DNA of 64,000 nucleotides from an uncultured Roseburia sp. (GCA_964390485.1 CAYMIS010000003.1:1259-65258); one strand, 5' to 3'. Positions 9,978 to 20,225 are shown, numbered from the stretch's first letter. Made by a program: numbers and translations. Notes: generated from the sequence alone by a model not told the origin.

Positions 9978-10124
9978 TTTATTATCCTCCTTGTTTTCTG
10001 AGGAAAAATGCGACTCTGCCTGCGAGAACAGCTTTTCCCCATACTATAAAATATTTGTAACTTTTTCGAACACAGCTTTCACGTAGATAACGTTAATCTG
10101 TTGTTCTGAATTATTATCATGTTC

Positions 10125-11723
10125 TTAAAGTGGTAATGCCTCTACTGCTGCTTTTTCTGCTGCGATTGCTACTTTATAGCTTACGATATATTCGTCAAAG
10201 CCCTTAACATCCGCTGCATCCGGCTGCATTACTGTTCCCTGTTCTCCAGCAAATACTTTGCTGCTTAAGTAGCTTTCTAAAGTCTCACCTGCTTCTTTAT
10301 TTACCATGTAAGAAGCAAGGAGTGCCATTCCCCAAGGACCACCTTCACCAGCTGTTTCCATAACTGCAACCGGGGCATCCATAGCTGCTGCTAAAATGCT
10401 CTGTCCAACACCTTTTGTCTTGAACAGTCCGCCATGACCATAGATGGTATCAACCTTTACTTTTTCCTCTTTGAAAAGGATATCACATCCGATTTTTAAA
10501 GTTGCAAGGGATGCATACAAATGTGTTCTCATAAAGTTTGCAAGTCCGAAGTTTGCTGCCGGTTTGCGAACAAACATTGGTCTTCCTTCATTTAAACCGA
10601 TTACCGGTTCACCGGAGAAGCAGTTGAATGCTACTAAACCACCGCAGTCCTTGTCACCTTCTAAAGCTTTATTATATAAAGTTCCGAATAACTGATTCAT
10701 ATCGACTGTCATGCCAAAGGTCTCTGCAAATTCTTTAAACAGATTTACCCATGCATTCAAATCGGAAGTACAGTTGTTACAGTGTACCATTGCTACGGTG
10801 TCACCAGCCGGTGTTGTAACAAGGTCTAACTCTTCATGTACTGCTTTTAAATCTTCCTCTAATACTACCATTGCAAATACAGAAGTTCCTGCAGATACGT
10901 TTCCGGTACGGATTGCTACGGAATTTGTTGCAGCCATACCTGTTCCCGCATCACCTTCCGGTGGAGCAAGTGGAATACCAGCTTCCAGATTTCCAGTTAC
11001 GTCTAATAATTTCGCGCCTTCTGCTGTTAATGTCCCTGCAACTTCACCTGCCGGTAATACCTTTGGTAAAATTTCTTCTAATTTCCATGGATACTTCTGA
11101 ACATTTTCTAATGCATCAAATTTTGCTAACATGTCTGCATTGTAATTTTTTGTTTTAGAATCAATTGGGAACATACCGGATGCTTCACCAACACCAAGTA
11201 CTTTCTCCCCTGTCAGTTTCCAATGGATATATCCTGCTAATGTTGTAAAGAATGTAATCTTATCAACATGTTCTTCGTTATTTAATACTGCCTGATATAA
11301 ATGAGCAATGCTCCAACGCTGTGGAATATTGAAGTTGAATACTTTTGTTAATTCCTCAGCTGCAGCTCCTGTAATAGTATTTCTCCAGGTACGGAAAGGA
11401 ACTAATAATTCTCCTTCCTTGTCAAAAGACATATAACCATGCATCATTCCGGAAAAACCGATGGCTGCAAGCTTTGTCACTGCCACGCCGTATTTTTCTT
11501 TTACTTCCTCTGCCATTTTCTTGTAACAGTCCTGAACTCCTGTCCAGATTGCATCTAAACTATAAGTCCAGATACCGTCTACTAACTGGTTCTCCCAGTC
11601 GTGGGCTCCAATCGCAATAACTTTGTGGTTATCATCCACTAATACTGCTTTAATTCTGGTAGAGCCAAACTCAATACCAAGTACCGCTTTGCCGCTTTCA
11701 ATAATCTGCTTTGCGTCGCTCAT
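10125..11723 (-). CDS. FGGY-family carbohydrate kinase, probable L-ribulokinase
   Basis: [40 protein letters not shown]; adjacent to araA. Confidence 0.88.
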   Translation of the reverse strand: MSDAKQIIESGKAVLGIEFGSTRIKAVLVDDNHKVIAIGAHDWENQLVDGIWTYSLDAIWTGVQDCYKKMAEEVKEKYGVAVTKLAAIGFSGMMHGYMSFDKEGELLVPFRTWRNTITGAAAEELTKVFNFNIPQRWSIAHLYQAVLNNEEHVDKITFFTTLAGYIHWKLTGEKVLGVGEASGMFPIDSKTKNYNADMLAKFDALENVQKYPWKLEEILPKVLPAGEVAGTLTAEGAKLLDVTGNLEAGIPLAPPEGDAGTGMAATNSVAIRTGNVSAGTSVFAMVVLEEDLKAVHEELDLVTTPAGDTVAMVHCNNCTSDLNAWVNLFKEFAETFGMTVDMNQLFGTLYNKALEGDKDCGGLVAFNCFSGEPVIGLNEGRPMFVRKPAANFGLANFMRTHLYASLATLKIGCDILFKEEKVKVDTIYGHGGLFKTKGVGQSILAAAMDAPVAVMETAGEGGPWGMALLASYMVNKEAGETLESYLSSKVFAGEQGTVMQPDAADVKGFDEYIVSYKVAIAAEKAAVEALPL

Positions 11724-11856
11724 GTAATTTACCCTCCATGTTTATTATTTACGGAAAACTATCTGTTTCCTAAGTTTCTAAATCCCTGTGGCATTACTGC
11801 CGGTCAAAAAACGACTTGTATCTCTACTTGTAATCTCCTGATTAATTTCAGCATAC

Positions 11857-11882
11857 AACTTGTATGCTCGTTGTGACAAGTT
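11857..11882. promoter_or_regulatory. Candidate AraR operator overlapping the ribulokinase promoter
   Basis: AACTTGTATG-n9-ACAAGTT, the same pattern as 14045-14070; overlaps a minus-strand TTGTCA-18-TATGCT promoter-like sequence. Confidence 0.55.
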
Positions 11883-11972
11883 GTTTTTTATTATTCTTTA
11901 TAGTTTTTTCTAAAATATTTTAGGTTGACTTTAAATTTATATTGGTTGAATTTGCGAAAATTGCTATGAATC

Positions 11973-12016
11973 AAAAAAGCAGGAAAAACCGTGCTTTTTC
12001 TACGATTTTTCCTGCT
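11973..12016 (-). terminator. Intrinsic terminator
   Basis: agcaggaaaaaccgt/acgatttttcctgct stem plus T-tract on the minus strand. Confidence 0.6.
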
Positions 12017-12044
12017 CATTCACTTGTATTTTCTAAATATTGAT

Positions 12045-12278
12045 TTATTTTTCTTTTAATTTCTTATTAGACAACCATATCGCAAACACTAAAATGTAAG
12101 CAATTATAAAACCATATACAAAATTAAATGGTGTAACTACTCCAACAACGCTGATTAAAATTGCCACTGAACCTAATATTCTTCTAACTTTTTTAAATAT
12201 ATTGTTTTCATTTTTTATGCGATTTGCACCTACTAATAGTAATACCAAAAATACTACTAATAAAATTAATAGTTCCAC
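12045..12278 (-). CDS. Small membrane protein (about 3 TM), unknown function
   Basis: Hydrophobic 77-aa ORF with GGAGG upstream; AT-rich. Confidence 0.55.
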   Translation of the reverse strand: MELLILLVVFLVLLLVGANRIKNENNIFKKVRRILGSVAILISVVGVVTPFNFVYGFIIAYILVFAIWLSNKKLKEK

Positions 12279-12281
12279 TCT

Positions 12282-12539
12282 CTAATCCTCCCACTTTATT
12301 TTGGTTACAAAAACATCTTCCTCTACAGCATAAAAGCTACTTTTTATTTCACTTACCGATGCATCAGGATTAACAGCTTTTTTAATTGCACATACAACAG
12401 ATACCATCGCTACTGATAATGAGGTTCCTTCTATATAATTATACGTGTTTTCAGGCATTAAACAATATATATTTTCTCCTGGAGCATAAATATCCACTTT
12501 CCTTCCACTCTCATCCCCTCTATTTATACTAACTTGCAA
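12282..12539 (-). pseudogene. C-terminal remnant of a subtilisin-like (S8) serine peptidase
   Basis: VDIYAPGENI...YIEGTSLSVAMVS resembles the S8 catalytic-Ser region; the Asp and His regions are missing. Confidence 0.65.
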
Positions 12540-12650
12540 TAAATCCCTCTAATCCATTTTTCAACATTTTAACCGACAAAGACCACACAAAAAACGAAAA
12601 AAGGAAAATGAGTTTCATTAACCTCATTTCCCTTCTATACTTATCTGATA

Positions 12651-13976
12651 TTAAATACGAAAAATCTTCGCATCATGTCGGGCCAGCTTCACCTTTAACA
12701 CATCACCTGAAATAGCAGCCTCTTCTCCACTCCAAAGCTCTTTTGCCTGCTCTGAAGAAATCTTTTTCTGATAGAACTGCTCTACTTCTTTTACGTTTAC
12801 ACTAACTTCCTGTTCCTCTTCGCAGAAATTAAACAATGCGATGTATTTCTCTTCCGTTTTCGCATTGTAACAGCTCCAGACTGCATGCTTTTCGTCACGT
12901 TCTACCTGTTTTCCAACATAATCATTCGATAACAGCTTTAATATTTCCTTGTTTGTCAAAAGCTCTAATGTCCAGTCATCTAGTCTTGTCAGTTCTGCAC
13001 CTATCATTAATGGTGAACCAAAAATACTCCAGAGTGTCAACATGGTGCGCTGTTCTTCTTTGGTGAAATTTGTCACACGCTCTGCATCAAAGCCTTTTCC
13101 AACGATACCCACCGGAAGCATATCACAATCCGGATAACTGCCTTCTGCCACATGATTCTGCCATAACTCACAACGTTCAAACATATTTAAAAGCAAGTCC
13201 CAGTTATCCCAGAAATCGTCGGTAATACGCCACATATTTGCATGCTTTTCATAATGCCATGCTTTTTCAATTAATGCCGGTCCCGGAGAAAGACTTAAAA
13301 CAATATCCCTGCCACATTTTTCAATAGCACGATGAAGCATTTCGATTTCATGGGCTGCGGAATACTGGTTCTCTACATACATATTCGTGTTGCAGATATC
13401 ATCACATTTGATAAAATCAACGCCCCAGTCTGCATACAACTGAATAATCGAATCATAGTATGCCTGTCCCGGGTCAGTTTCACCATCCCCTGCCCCTAAG
13501 CGTCCGGCACGTACACCGTACATATCCGGGTTCCATTTGCAGATGGAAGATGGGTCTGCCACATCACAGGCATTCACACTACTTCCTAAAATTGGAAGGT
13601 GACGATGGGCTGCTTCTCTTGGAATTCCACGCATAATATGTATTCCGAATTTTAGTCCCTTTTCATGAATATAATCTGCTAATGGCTGAAAGCCCATGCC
13701 ATTTGCTGAGGATGGGAATTTCTCCGGGCATGGAAGTAATCTTCCATATTCATCCATCTCAATTTTACCAAAAGGAATATACTGATATTTGTCACGCTGA
13801 CTTGCGGTATCCCATGCATACCATTCAATATCCACCACGATATACTCCCAGCCGGATTCCTTCATATGCTCTGCCATATAATCGGCATTGGCTTTTACCT
13901 GTTCTTCATTGACATTAGTGTCATAATAATCGTAACTGTTCCACCCCATTGGTGCCTTGTTCATCATTACCTTCAT
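12651..13976 (-). CDS. Glycoside hydrolase family 27 (probable beta-L-arabinopyranosidase / alpha-galactosidase)
   Basis: PMGWNSYD, YIVVDIEW, GLKFGIHIMRG, WGVDFIKCDD, MWRITDDFWD, PDCDMLP; located in the ara cluster. Confidence 0.9.
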   Translation of the reverse strand: MKVMMNKAPMGWNSYDYYDTNVNEEQVKANADYMAEHMKESGWEYIVVDIEWYAWDTASQRDKYQYIPFGKIEMDEYGRLLPCPEKFPSSANGMGFQPLADYIHEKGLKFGIHIMRGIPREAAHRHLPILGSSVNACDVADPSSICKWNPDMYGVRAGRLGAGDGETDPGQAYYDSIIQLYADWGVDFIKCDDICNTNMYVENQYSAAHEIEMLHRAIEKCGRDIVLSLSPGPALIEKAWHYEKHANMWRITDDFWDNWDLLLNMFERCELWQNHVAEGSYPDCDMLPVGIVGKGFDAERVTNFTKEEQRTMLTLWSIFGSPLMIGAELTRLDDWTLELLTNKEILKLLSNDYVGKQVERDEKHAVWSCYNAKTEEKYIALFNFCEEEQEVSVNVKEVEQFYQKKISSEQAKELWSGEEAAISGDVLKVKLARHDAKIFRI

Positions 13977-14044
13977 TCCTATTTCTCCTTTAAAAAACAT
14001 ATGTACTCACATTTTCATCCTGTGAATACATATGCCTAGTGTAG

Positions 14045-14070
14045 AACTTGTATGTGATAGAATACAAGTT
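14045..14070. promoter_or_regulatory. Candidate AraR operator overlapping the GH27 promoter
   Basis: AACTTGTA-n10-TACAAGTT dyad overlapping a minus-strand TTGTAT-18-TACACT promoter-like sequence. Confidence 0.55.
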
Positions 14071-14080
14071 GTTTTTCTAT

Positions 14081-15175
14081 TTAATTGCGTTTTTTACAGG
14101 AACTTCGGATAACCAGTTCTGGTTCAATCAAAATATGATTCTCTTCTGCCTCTGTGTTTCCTTCCCTTATCAGCTTTAACAAAAGCTCCGCTGCCATTCC
14201 GCCTAACCGCTCCTGTGGATGAGCAACTGTGGTAAGAGGTATTTTACCTGTAGCTGCCAGATAGGAATCATCATAGCCAGTTACCGAAACATCCTCCGGA
14301 CAATTTAACCCTTCCTCTTCCAATGCCCGGATAATTCCAAGGGCAATCTGGTCATTATAAGCAACTACCGAATCAAAATAAAACTTCTCCCTCTCCTGCG
14401 CCATCTGTCTCATTTTCTCAAAAGGATGGGTTTTCCTGTCCTCCGTATAAAACCATACTACTTTATCCGGGTCATAGGCAATGCCTGCCTTCTGCAGTGC
14501 CTGCACATAACCCTTATGCCGCTCCTGTCCTTGGGCATCATCCGCCTTAAATACACCAACAATATCCCGGTGTCCCAAAGAAATCAGATATTCTGTCAGT
14601 AAATAACTGCCACGGCAGTCATTTAATAAAATATGAGGTTTCTTTTTCATCTGGGAATAGCTTCCCTGAATAAAAACATAAGGAATTTCATACTGGTCAA
14701 GCATCTCATAAAGATTCATGTGCTTACAGAAAATCTGGCTTTTACTTGGCTCAATAATCAATCCGTCAATGTCCTTCTGCAAAAGCTCCTCTAAGCATTT
14801 CGCCTCAAGACTTCTGGAATTCCTCGTATTTTTCAAAAGGATACTATAACCATTCTCAGTCAGCACCTGGTCAATTCCCTGAATCACCCTTGGAAAAATA
14901 TAATCAGACAAATAGGTCGTCACAACTGCAATATTTTTAGACTGCTTTGTATGGCGCATCATTTCGGAACAAAAGGTTCCTCTGCCATGCTCTGCATAAA
15001 TATACCCTTCATTCTGCAAAATCTGAAGTGCTTTCCGTACCGTCTGACGACTCACTTCATACTCAGCAGACAACTCATTTTCTGAGGGAAGCTTTTCTCC
15101 CGGTTTAATCTCCCCGGATAAAATTTGTTTCCGCAAATCTTCCATTAAATCATAATATTTTAACTTCTTATCCAT
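14081..15175 (-). CDS. araR: Arabinose repressor (GntR HTH plus LacI-type sugar-binding domain)
   Basis: KLPSENEL...VSRQTVRKA...HGRGTF followed by TYLSDYIFP, DGLIIEPSKS; ara context. Confidence 0.88.
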   Translation of the reverse strand: MDKKLKYYDLMEDLRKQILSGEIKPGEKLPSENELSAEYEVSRQTVRKALQILQNEGYIYAEHGRGTFCSEMMRHTKQSKNIAVVTTYLSDYIFPRVIQGIDQVLTENGYSILLKNTRNSRSLEAKCLEELLQKDIDGLIIEPSKSQIFCKHMNLYEMLDQYEIPYVFIQGSYSQMKKKPHILLNDCRGSYLLTEYLISLGHRDIVGVFKADDAQGQERHKGYVQALQKAGIAYDPDKVVWFYTEDRKTHPFEKMRQMAQEREKFYFDSVVAYNDQIALGIIRALEEEGLNCPEDVSVTGYDDSYLAATGKIPLTTVAHPQERLGGMAAELLLKLIREGNTEAEENHILIEPELVIRSSCKKRN

Positions 15176-15185
15176 AGTTCACCTA

Positions 15186-15821
15186 TTACTGAATTAAATC
15201 AGCATCAATAATCTGGAAATTCGCTCTGTGAATATACAGCGCCTTTCCATCAATCATCAGCTTTGTTGTTTTTGGCAAATCCTCTCTGATTTCCCAGTAC
15301 ACATCATCCCCGGAATATGCACAGATTGGTACTCCAAGCTGGCTCTGAATCAGCACCACCTGCCCTGCTCCAAAATAATTCTTATAATCATTAACGATTC
15401 TTGAAACAGATGTATTATCCGCAAGACTTCCATTCGTACTACTGTCAATGTCCTGCAATTCAAAATCCACGTCCGGTTCTAGGCCCTCTTCTTCGAAAAT
15501 AACTGTATCTCCACAGCTTTGAATCTCATCACCATCTATACTAATGGTAATAACAGATGACAACTCATAATTTGTTTCGTAATCGCCATCCGCTGTTACT
15601 GTATAGGTTTCTACGATGTTACTGGTCAGTCCAATCTTTTCACCGGAAGCTGTTAAAAACTTCTCGCCATTATTATCAAAAAAATAACAGTCAAAGGCAT
15701 TACCTACCAGCTGCCCTTTAATGTCATTCAACCGGTTCTGCAAAAATGCAAATTTACATCCACTAAAAAGAACTGCCGATATACACGCAATTCCAATCAC
15801 ACTTAAAATTTTCTTTTTCAT
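15186..15821 (-). CDS. Conserved lipoprotein (DUF5052-like)
   Basis: Lipobox FSGC; SSVITISIDG, IQSQLGVPI, LPKTTKLMIDGKALYIHRANF recalled as DUF5052 (not verified by search). Confidence 0.7.
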   Translation of the reverse strand: MKKKILSVIGIACISAVLFSGCKFAFLQNRLNDIKGQLVGNAFDCYFFDNNGEKFLTASGEKIGLTSNIVETYTVTADGDYETNYELSSVITISIDGDEIQSCGDTVIFEEEGLEPDVDFELQDIDSSTNGSLADNTSVSRIVNDYKNYFGAGQVVLIQSQLGVPICAYSGDDVYWEIREDLPKTTKLMIDGKALYIHRANFQIIDADLIQ

Positions 15822-15985
15822 AAGTACCTCATTTCTACACCATGTTTCCTTTGTACTATGGCTGCGTCTTTTCTTTTCTATTATAGAAATAACCCTTTAT
15901 TTCTGCAAGACCTAATAATTTTCGAAACTCAGCCGATATTATTAATAAGAAAAAGATTTCTGTTTTGGCACATTTATCAAGGAGG

Positions 15986-16192
15986 ATGATTGTCGGAAAA
16001 TACGTAGATGGAATCACTTTAATGCAACCCGTTGAACAGGTGGAAAGAATCGAAAGACTCTCTCCATACAACAGAAATGCAGACAGACATACGAAACATA
16101 ATAACTCATTTGCAGCAATGTTTCAGAAAGCAAAAGAACGTGCCACTACCAACCAAGCAACAAAGTCGAATGGATTCGATGTTTTGTGCTAA
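15986..16192 (+). CDS. Small hypothetical protein
   Basis: ORF fills the gap between DUF5052 and a hairpin; AAGGAGG nearby; start uncertain. Confidence 0.45.
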   Translation: MIVGKYVDGITLMQPVEQVERIERLSPYNRNADRHTKHNNSFAAMFQKAKERATTNQATKSNGFDVLC

Positions 16193-16202
16193 AACAGATT
16201 TC

Positions 16203-16237
16203 AAAGGGGCGGTCGCATATAAATGCGTTCCGCCCCT
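16203..16237. terminator. Terminator between convergent genes
   Basis: aggggcgg...ccgcccct GC-rich stem. Confidence 0.6.
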
Positions 16238-16249
16238 ATCGTATGCTTA

Positions 16250-17080
16250 TTATAAGACTTTTGACAAAAATTCTTTCAGACGTGGATTCTTTGGATTACC
16301 GAAAAATTCTTCCGGTGTAGCACTTTCAAGAATCTGACCCTCATCGATAAATAAAACTTTATTTGCAACTTCTCTTGCAAATCCCATCTCATGAGTAACA
16401 ATTACCATGGTCATTCCCTCTTTTGCAAGGGATTTCATAAGGTCAAGTACCTCCCCTACCATTTCCGGGTCTAAGGCACTTGTTGGTTCATCGAATAAAA
16501 TCACATCCGGGTTCATGGCAAGAGCACGGACAATCGCCACACGCTGCTTTTGTCCACCGGAAAGTGTAGATGGATAAACATCTGCTTTATCCTGCAGCCC
16601 AATTCGTTCCAATAGGGAAAGCGCATTCTCCCGAGCTTCTTTTTGTATCTTATCCTTTGTGGTTGTAATTGGAATAAGCTCCGCTTTTTTCTCTTTTCCC
16701 TTAAAAATATTCGTCACTTTCGTAAGGGCATTCTTACGTTTCGCCTTACGAAGCTCCTGACACTGAATATAGACCGGTGCTAACATAATATTCTGGATAA
16801 CGGTTTTGTTATTAAACAGATTAAAATGCTGGAATACCATACCCATATGTCTTCTGTGAATATTAATATCCACCTTAAAGTCTGCGATATCTACTCCGTT
16901 AAAAATAATCTGTCCCCCTGTCGGGTCTTCCATACAGTTTAAACAGCGTAAAAAGGTACTTTTTCCAGAGCCGGAAGGACCGATAACTACCATAATATCG
17001 CCTTTTTCAATCGTAACATTAATGCCGTTTAATACTTTATTTTCACCAAAATGTTTTTCAAGATTAATGACGTTTATCAC
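16250..17080 (-). CDS. Polar amino-acid ABC transporter ATP-binding protein (GlnQ-like) with a basic insertion
   Basis: [47 protein letters not shown]. Confidence 0.95.
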   Translation of the reverse strand: MINVINLEKHFGENKVLNGINVTIEKGDIMVVIGPSGSGKSTFLRCLNCMEDPTGGQIIFNGVDIADFKVDINIHRRHMGMVFQHFNLFNNKTVIQNIMLAPVYIQCQELRKAKRKNALTKVTNIFKGKEKKAELIPITTTKDKIQKEARENALSLLERIGLQDKADVYPSTLSGGQKQRVAIVRALAMNPDVILFDEPTSALDPEMVGEVLDLMKSLAKEGMTMVIVTHEMGFAREVANKVLFIDEGQILESATPEEFFGNPKNPRLKEFLSKVL

Positions 17081-17804
17081 TTTTCCTCAGGCTCCTTTCC
17101 AAAATTTTAATACCCGCGCTGATAATTAATACCAGTACAATATAAATCATTGCCATTACAAGATATGGCACCATAAATTCATAGCTGTTGCTTCCAATAT
17201 AACTGAATGCAACATAAAGATCCGCCGCACCAACAAAGCTTACAACAGAGGTTTCCTTTATCAAGGCAATAAATTCATTTCCCAATGTTGGTAAAATATT
17301 TTTCACCGCCTGCGGAATTACAATCTTTAGCATGGTTGTCCCAAAGCTAAGACCAACCGCCCGACCTGCCTCCATCTGACCATGGTCAACGGATAAGATA
17401 CCGCTTCGCATTGTTTCCGATATGTAAGCACCACTGTTTAAGCCAAATACAAGAATAGATACTTCTACACCACTCATACGGATTCCCATAAGAGGAAGCA
17501 TTACATAATAAAAAACAAGAAGCTGCACTACAATCGGTGTACCACGGAACAAGCCCACGTAAAAACTGCAGATTCCATTTAATATTCTAGGAAGCAGCTT
17601 GTATTTTGGAATTACACGTACGGTAGCAATCAATGTTCCGATAACAATACCAATCAAAAGACCGAGGACAGCAATAAGAAGTGTATTCTTCAAGCCTTCC
17701 ACCACTTTTAAATATCCATTTTGTGCAATAAAAATTTCAATAAAATTTGCTATTTTCTGGTCAAAGTTTCCCATATATAAACCATGCCTTTCCATTGTTT
17801 CCAA
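17064..17804 (-). CDS. Polar amino-acid ABC transporter permease
   Basis: [40 protein letters not shown]; start uncertain. Confidence 0.93.
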   Translation of the reverse strand: METMERHGLYMGNFDQKIANFIEIFIAQNGYLKVVEGLKNTLLIAVLGLLIGIVIGTLIATVRVIPKYKLLPRILNGICSFYVGLFRGTPIVVQLLVFYYVMLPLMGIRMSGVEVSILVFGLNSGAYISETMRSGILSVDHGQMEAGRAVGLSFGTTMLKIVIPQAVKNILPTLGNEFIALIKETSVVSFVGAADLYVAFSYIGSNSYEFMVPYLVMAMIYIVLVLIISAGIKILERSLRKSDKRH

Positions 17805-17886
17805 GCCTTCGAACCCATGACTTCAATTACTGTTATACTACATGTGATGCAAACTGTAGGAAGCCGGATATGCTTTTATCCACAGA

Positions 17887-18735
17887 TTACTGCATACTAT
17901 TAATAGATTCTGTAATGCATGCAGCCGGTGCAGCATCAATAATCACATAATCAATATTACCATTTAATAAATCTTGCACTGCCAAAGAACCGTTCTTATA
18001 TCCAACTGTTTCTGCCGCAAATCCTGCAAATCCCCAGTCTTCGTCACCTTCACAGTAGAACTGCCCTGTTGTTCCTGTCTGAACACCAATTTTCACACTG
18101 CTGTCTTTTTCATTTAAAATTGCTTCTACAGAAGCTGCATCTGTACAGTTATCAAATTCTGTATTATCACTTGTAACAACTAATTTCTGTGCTGCATTGT
18201 AATAAGGTGTTGAGAATGTAACATATTCTTCACGCTCTTCATTTACAGTAAGACCTGCCATTGCAATATCACATTTCTGCTGTCCAACAGATAAACATAC
18301 TGCATCAAATTCCATATTCTGGATTACAAGTTCCATACCAAGATGCTCAGCCAGCTTTGCTGCGATTTCCATATCAATACCATAATAGCTTTCACCCTCT
18401 AAGTACTCAAATGGCTCAAATGCCGCATTTGTTGCAACAACTAACTGGTCTTTACTTTCATCATATGTAGAAGATGTTACAGCAACCGGTGTTCCATCAC
18501 CAAAATAGTGGTCACAGATTTCATCAAAAGTTCCATCTTCCATAATCTGTGCAATAAATTCGTTGACAGACTCTAATAATTCCGGCTGATTCTTGTCCAC
18601 ACCAAAGGCATACTGCTCATTTGTCAATTCAATTTCAATTACTTTCGCTGTTTTTGCAGAAGCATCACTTCCACAACCAGCCAGAGTAGATACTGCCATA
18701 ACTAAAGTTAAAGCAAGAGCTGCTAATTTTTTCAT
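17887..18735 (-). CDS. Family-3 amino-acid-binding lipoprotein, circularly permuted
   Basis: Lipobox LAGC; LVVATNAAFEPFEY, GIDMEI, DIAMAGLTVNEERE, FSTPYY, IGVQTGTTG. The usual C-terminal segment sits at the N-terminus. Confidence 0.88.
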   Translation of the reverse strand: MKKLAALALTLVMAVSTLAGCGSDASAKTAKVIEIELTNEQYAFGVDKNQPELLESVNEFIAQIMEDGTFDEICDHYFGDGTPVAVTSSTYDESKDQLVVATNAAFEPFEYLEGESYYGIDMEIAAKLAEHLGMELVIQNMEFDAVCLSVGQQKCDIAMAGLTVNEEREEYVTFSTPYYNAAQKLVVTSDNTEFDNCTDAASVEAILNEKDSSVKIGVQTGTTGQFYCEGDEDWGFAGFAAETVGYKNGSLAVQDLLNGNIDYVIIDAAPAACITESINSMQ

Positions 18736-18774
18736 ATTATTTCCTCCTAGAAGTTCTTAAATTTACATTTTTCT

Positions 18775-18811
18775 TCTGCATAATATAACATGATATGCAT
18801 AAAAATGCAAT
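18775..18811. promoter_or_regulatory. Tandem ARG-box-like (ArgR) sites over a sigmaA promoter
   Basis: TATGCATAAAAATGCAAT (18794-18811) and TCTGCATAATATAACATG (18775-18792); minus-strand TTGCAT-17-TATATT with extended TG. Confidence 0.55.
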
Positions 18812-18950
18812 ATTCATTATTTCTATACAAATAAATTCGTTAAAAAGAGGCTGAAAAATACATGTAAAGGCTCTAATATATTGATAATGCCAATATGTTC
18901 TCATATATTTGAATATTATGTTTTTATAACAGCCTCTTTTTTCTTCCTGT

Positions 18951-20225
18951 TTATGGCTTTGCCTGAGTCATTCCCCCCAGCAAAATGCCATAATTATCCT
19001 GATAAATTCGTGGGAACTGCTCTAATGGAAGGGGATTTTCTCCCAGACCTGCTTCAATGGTATAGCCCGGTCTGTCATAGGTCTGAATAAACCAGTCCTT
19101 ATAACCGGCATTTCCTGATTCTCCCGGAGTTTCTTCTACTGCATAACCACTTACGCTGCTAAAATATTCTGCAATTTCTAAGGAACGGGCCGGCTCATAA
19201 TCCTTATATTTCCAATAAATAACTTCACCCTGGGTATGGTATGCCAGAATTAATAAAAAGTCATGTGCTCTGGTAAACTCATACACTGCCCGGCTTTCCG
19301 GTGCCGCCAGCGGGAATGGACCTACATAATCTCTCGGGGCAGGCGAAGTATAGCCTTGTGCATATTTGATTTCCCTTGCAAGCTCCCAGCCTGCCGGAAA
19401 CTGCAGATTTAAGTCAATGCCATCAATATTTGCCTTCCAACCGGATGGAAATGGAATCTCCGGGTAATCCGCAGCAATTCGTTCTGCCCTTGCCTGATAT
19501 TCCGGTTCATCAATGGCTCCATTCACCAAATCCACTCCATCCGGATTTACCATTGGCACAATATATAATGTATAATTTTCCATCAGAGACGCTGCACTGA
19601 TTCCATTTCCCATACTTCTTCCTGCTGCATAGGCCTTTGCATAATCCTCTGCGAATTTTAAAAGAAGAGGTGTTGTTATCCATTCATTTGCATGATAGGA
19701 AGCACTATAAAAAATCTCTCCGCTTCCGTTTCCCAGACGAAGATAAGGAATCTCCTCCTCCATCACGCTTTCACCAATTTCTCCTGTCACAATAAAAGGA
19801 TACCTTGCCTTAAGTCCCTCCACCATCAGTTCATTCAGTTCAGATGTATAGGGAAGGTTCTCCACTACCACCGGAAACCCCAACGGAACCTTGATTCTTG
19901 TTCCTATCCGCAAAAATGCAGGGTCTGCCTGAGGATTGGCAGTCATAATTTTTGTAACATCCGTCTGATACTCTTCTGCAATTTTCCATAAAGTATCACC
20001 ATTTTGAATCCTGTAATCCACATACCCTCTTAAATAAGGAATCAGTCTGTCCCAATCATCTTCATCCACCTCACATTTATCCGCCCTTCGGAAAAAGGTC
20101 TGCACAGACCGGCAGGTCAAACCGCCAAAAATCCCATCCACCTCTGTTGGTATGCCGGCTCTGTTAAGTGCAAGCTGTAAGTATTGTACATAAACCCCCT
20201 GATTTCCAAGTCTAAGTTCCTTCAA
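18951..20225 (-). CDS. Gamma-D-glutamyl-meso-diaminopimelate peptidase (M14) with PG-binding and LysM domains
   Basis: VQYLQLAL..VDGIFG; IQNGDTLWKIA LysM; HANEW, PMVNPDG, GIDLNLQFP, YHTQGE, YTIEAG. Confidence 0.88.
   Translation of the reverse strand: MKELRLGNQGVYVQYLQLALNRAGIPTEVDGIFGGLTCRSVQTFFRRADKCEVDEDDWDRLIPYLRGYVDYRIQNGDTLWKIAEEYQTDVTKIMTANPQADPAFLRIGTRIKVPLGFPVVVENLPYTSELNELMVEGLKARYPFIVTGEIGESVMEEEIPYLRLGNGSGEIFYSASYHANEWITTPLLLKFAEDYAKAYAAGRSMGNGISAASLMENYTLYIVPMVNPDGVDLVNGAIDEPEYQARAERIAADYPEIPFPSGWKANIDGIDLNLQFPAGWELAREIKYAQGYTSPAPRDYVGPFPLAAPESRAVYEFTRAHDFLLILAYHTQGEVIYWKYKDYEPARSLEIAEYFSSVSGYAVEETPGESGNAGYKDWFIQTYDRPGYTIEAGLGENPLPLEQFPRIYQDNYGILLGGMTQAKP

Noticed and set aside
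18843-18942. Inverted repeat aaaaagaggctg/cagcctcttttt about 75 bp apart, as a MITE or riboswitch
   Set aside because: Single copy with an AT-rich interior, directly after the peptidase stop; best explained as a long terminator hairpin.
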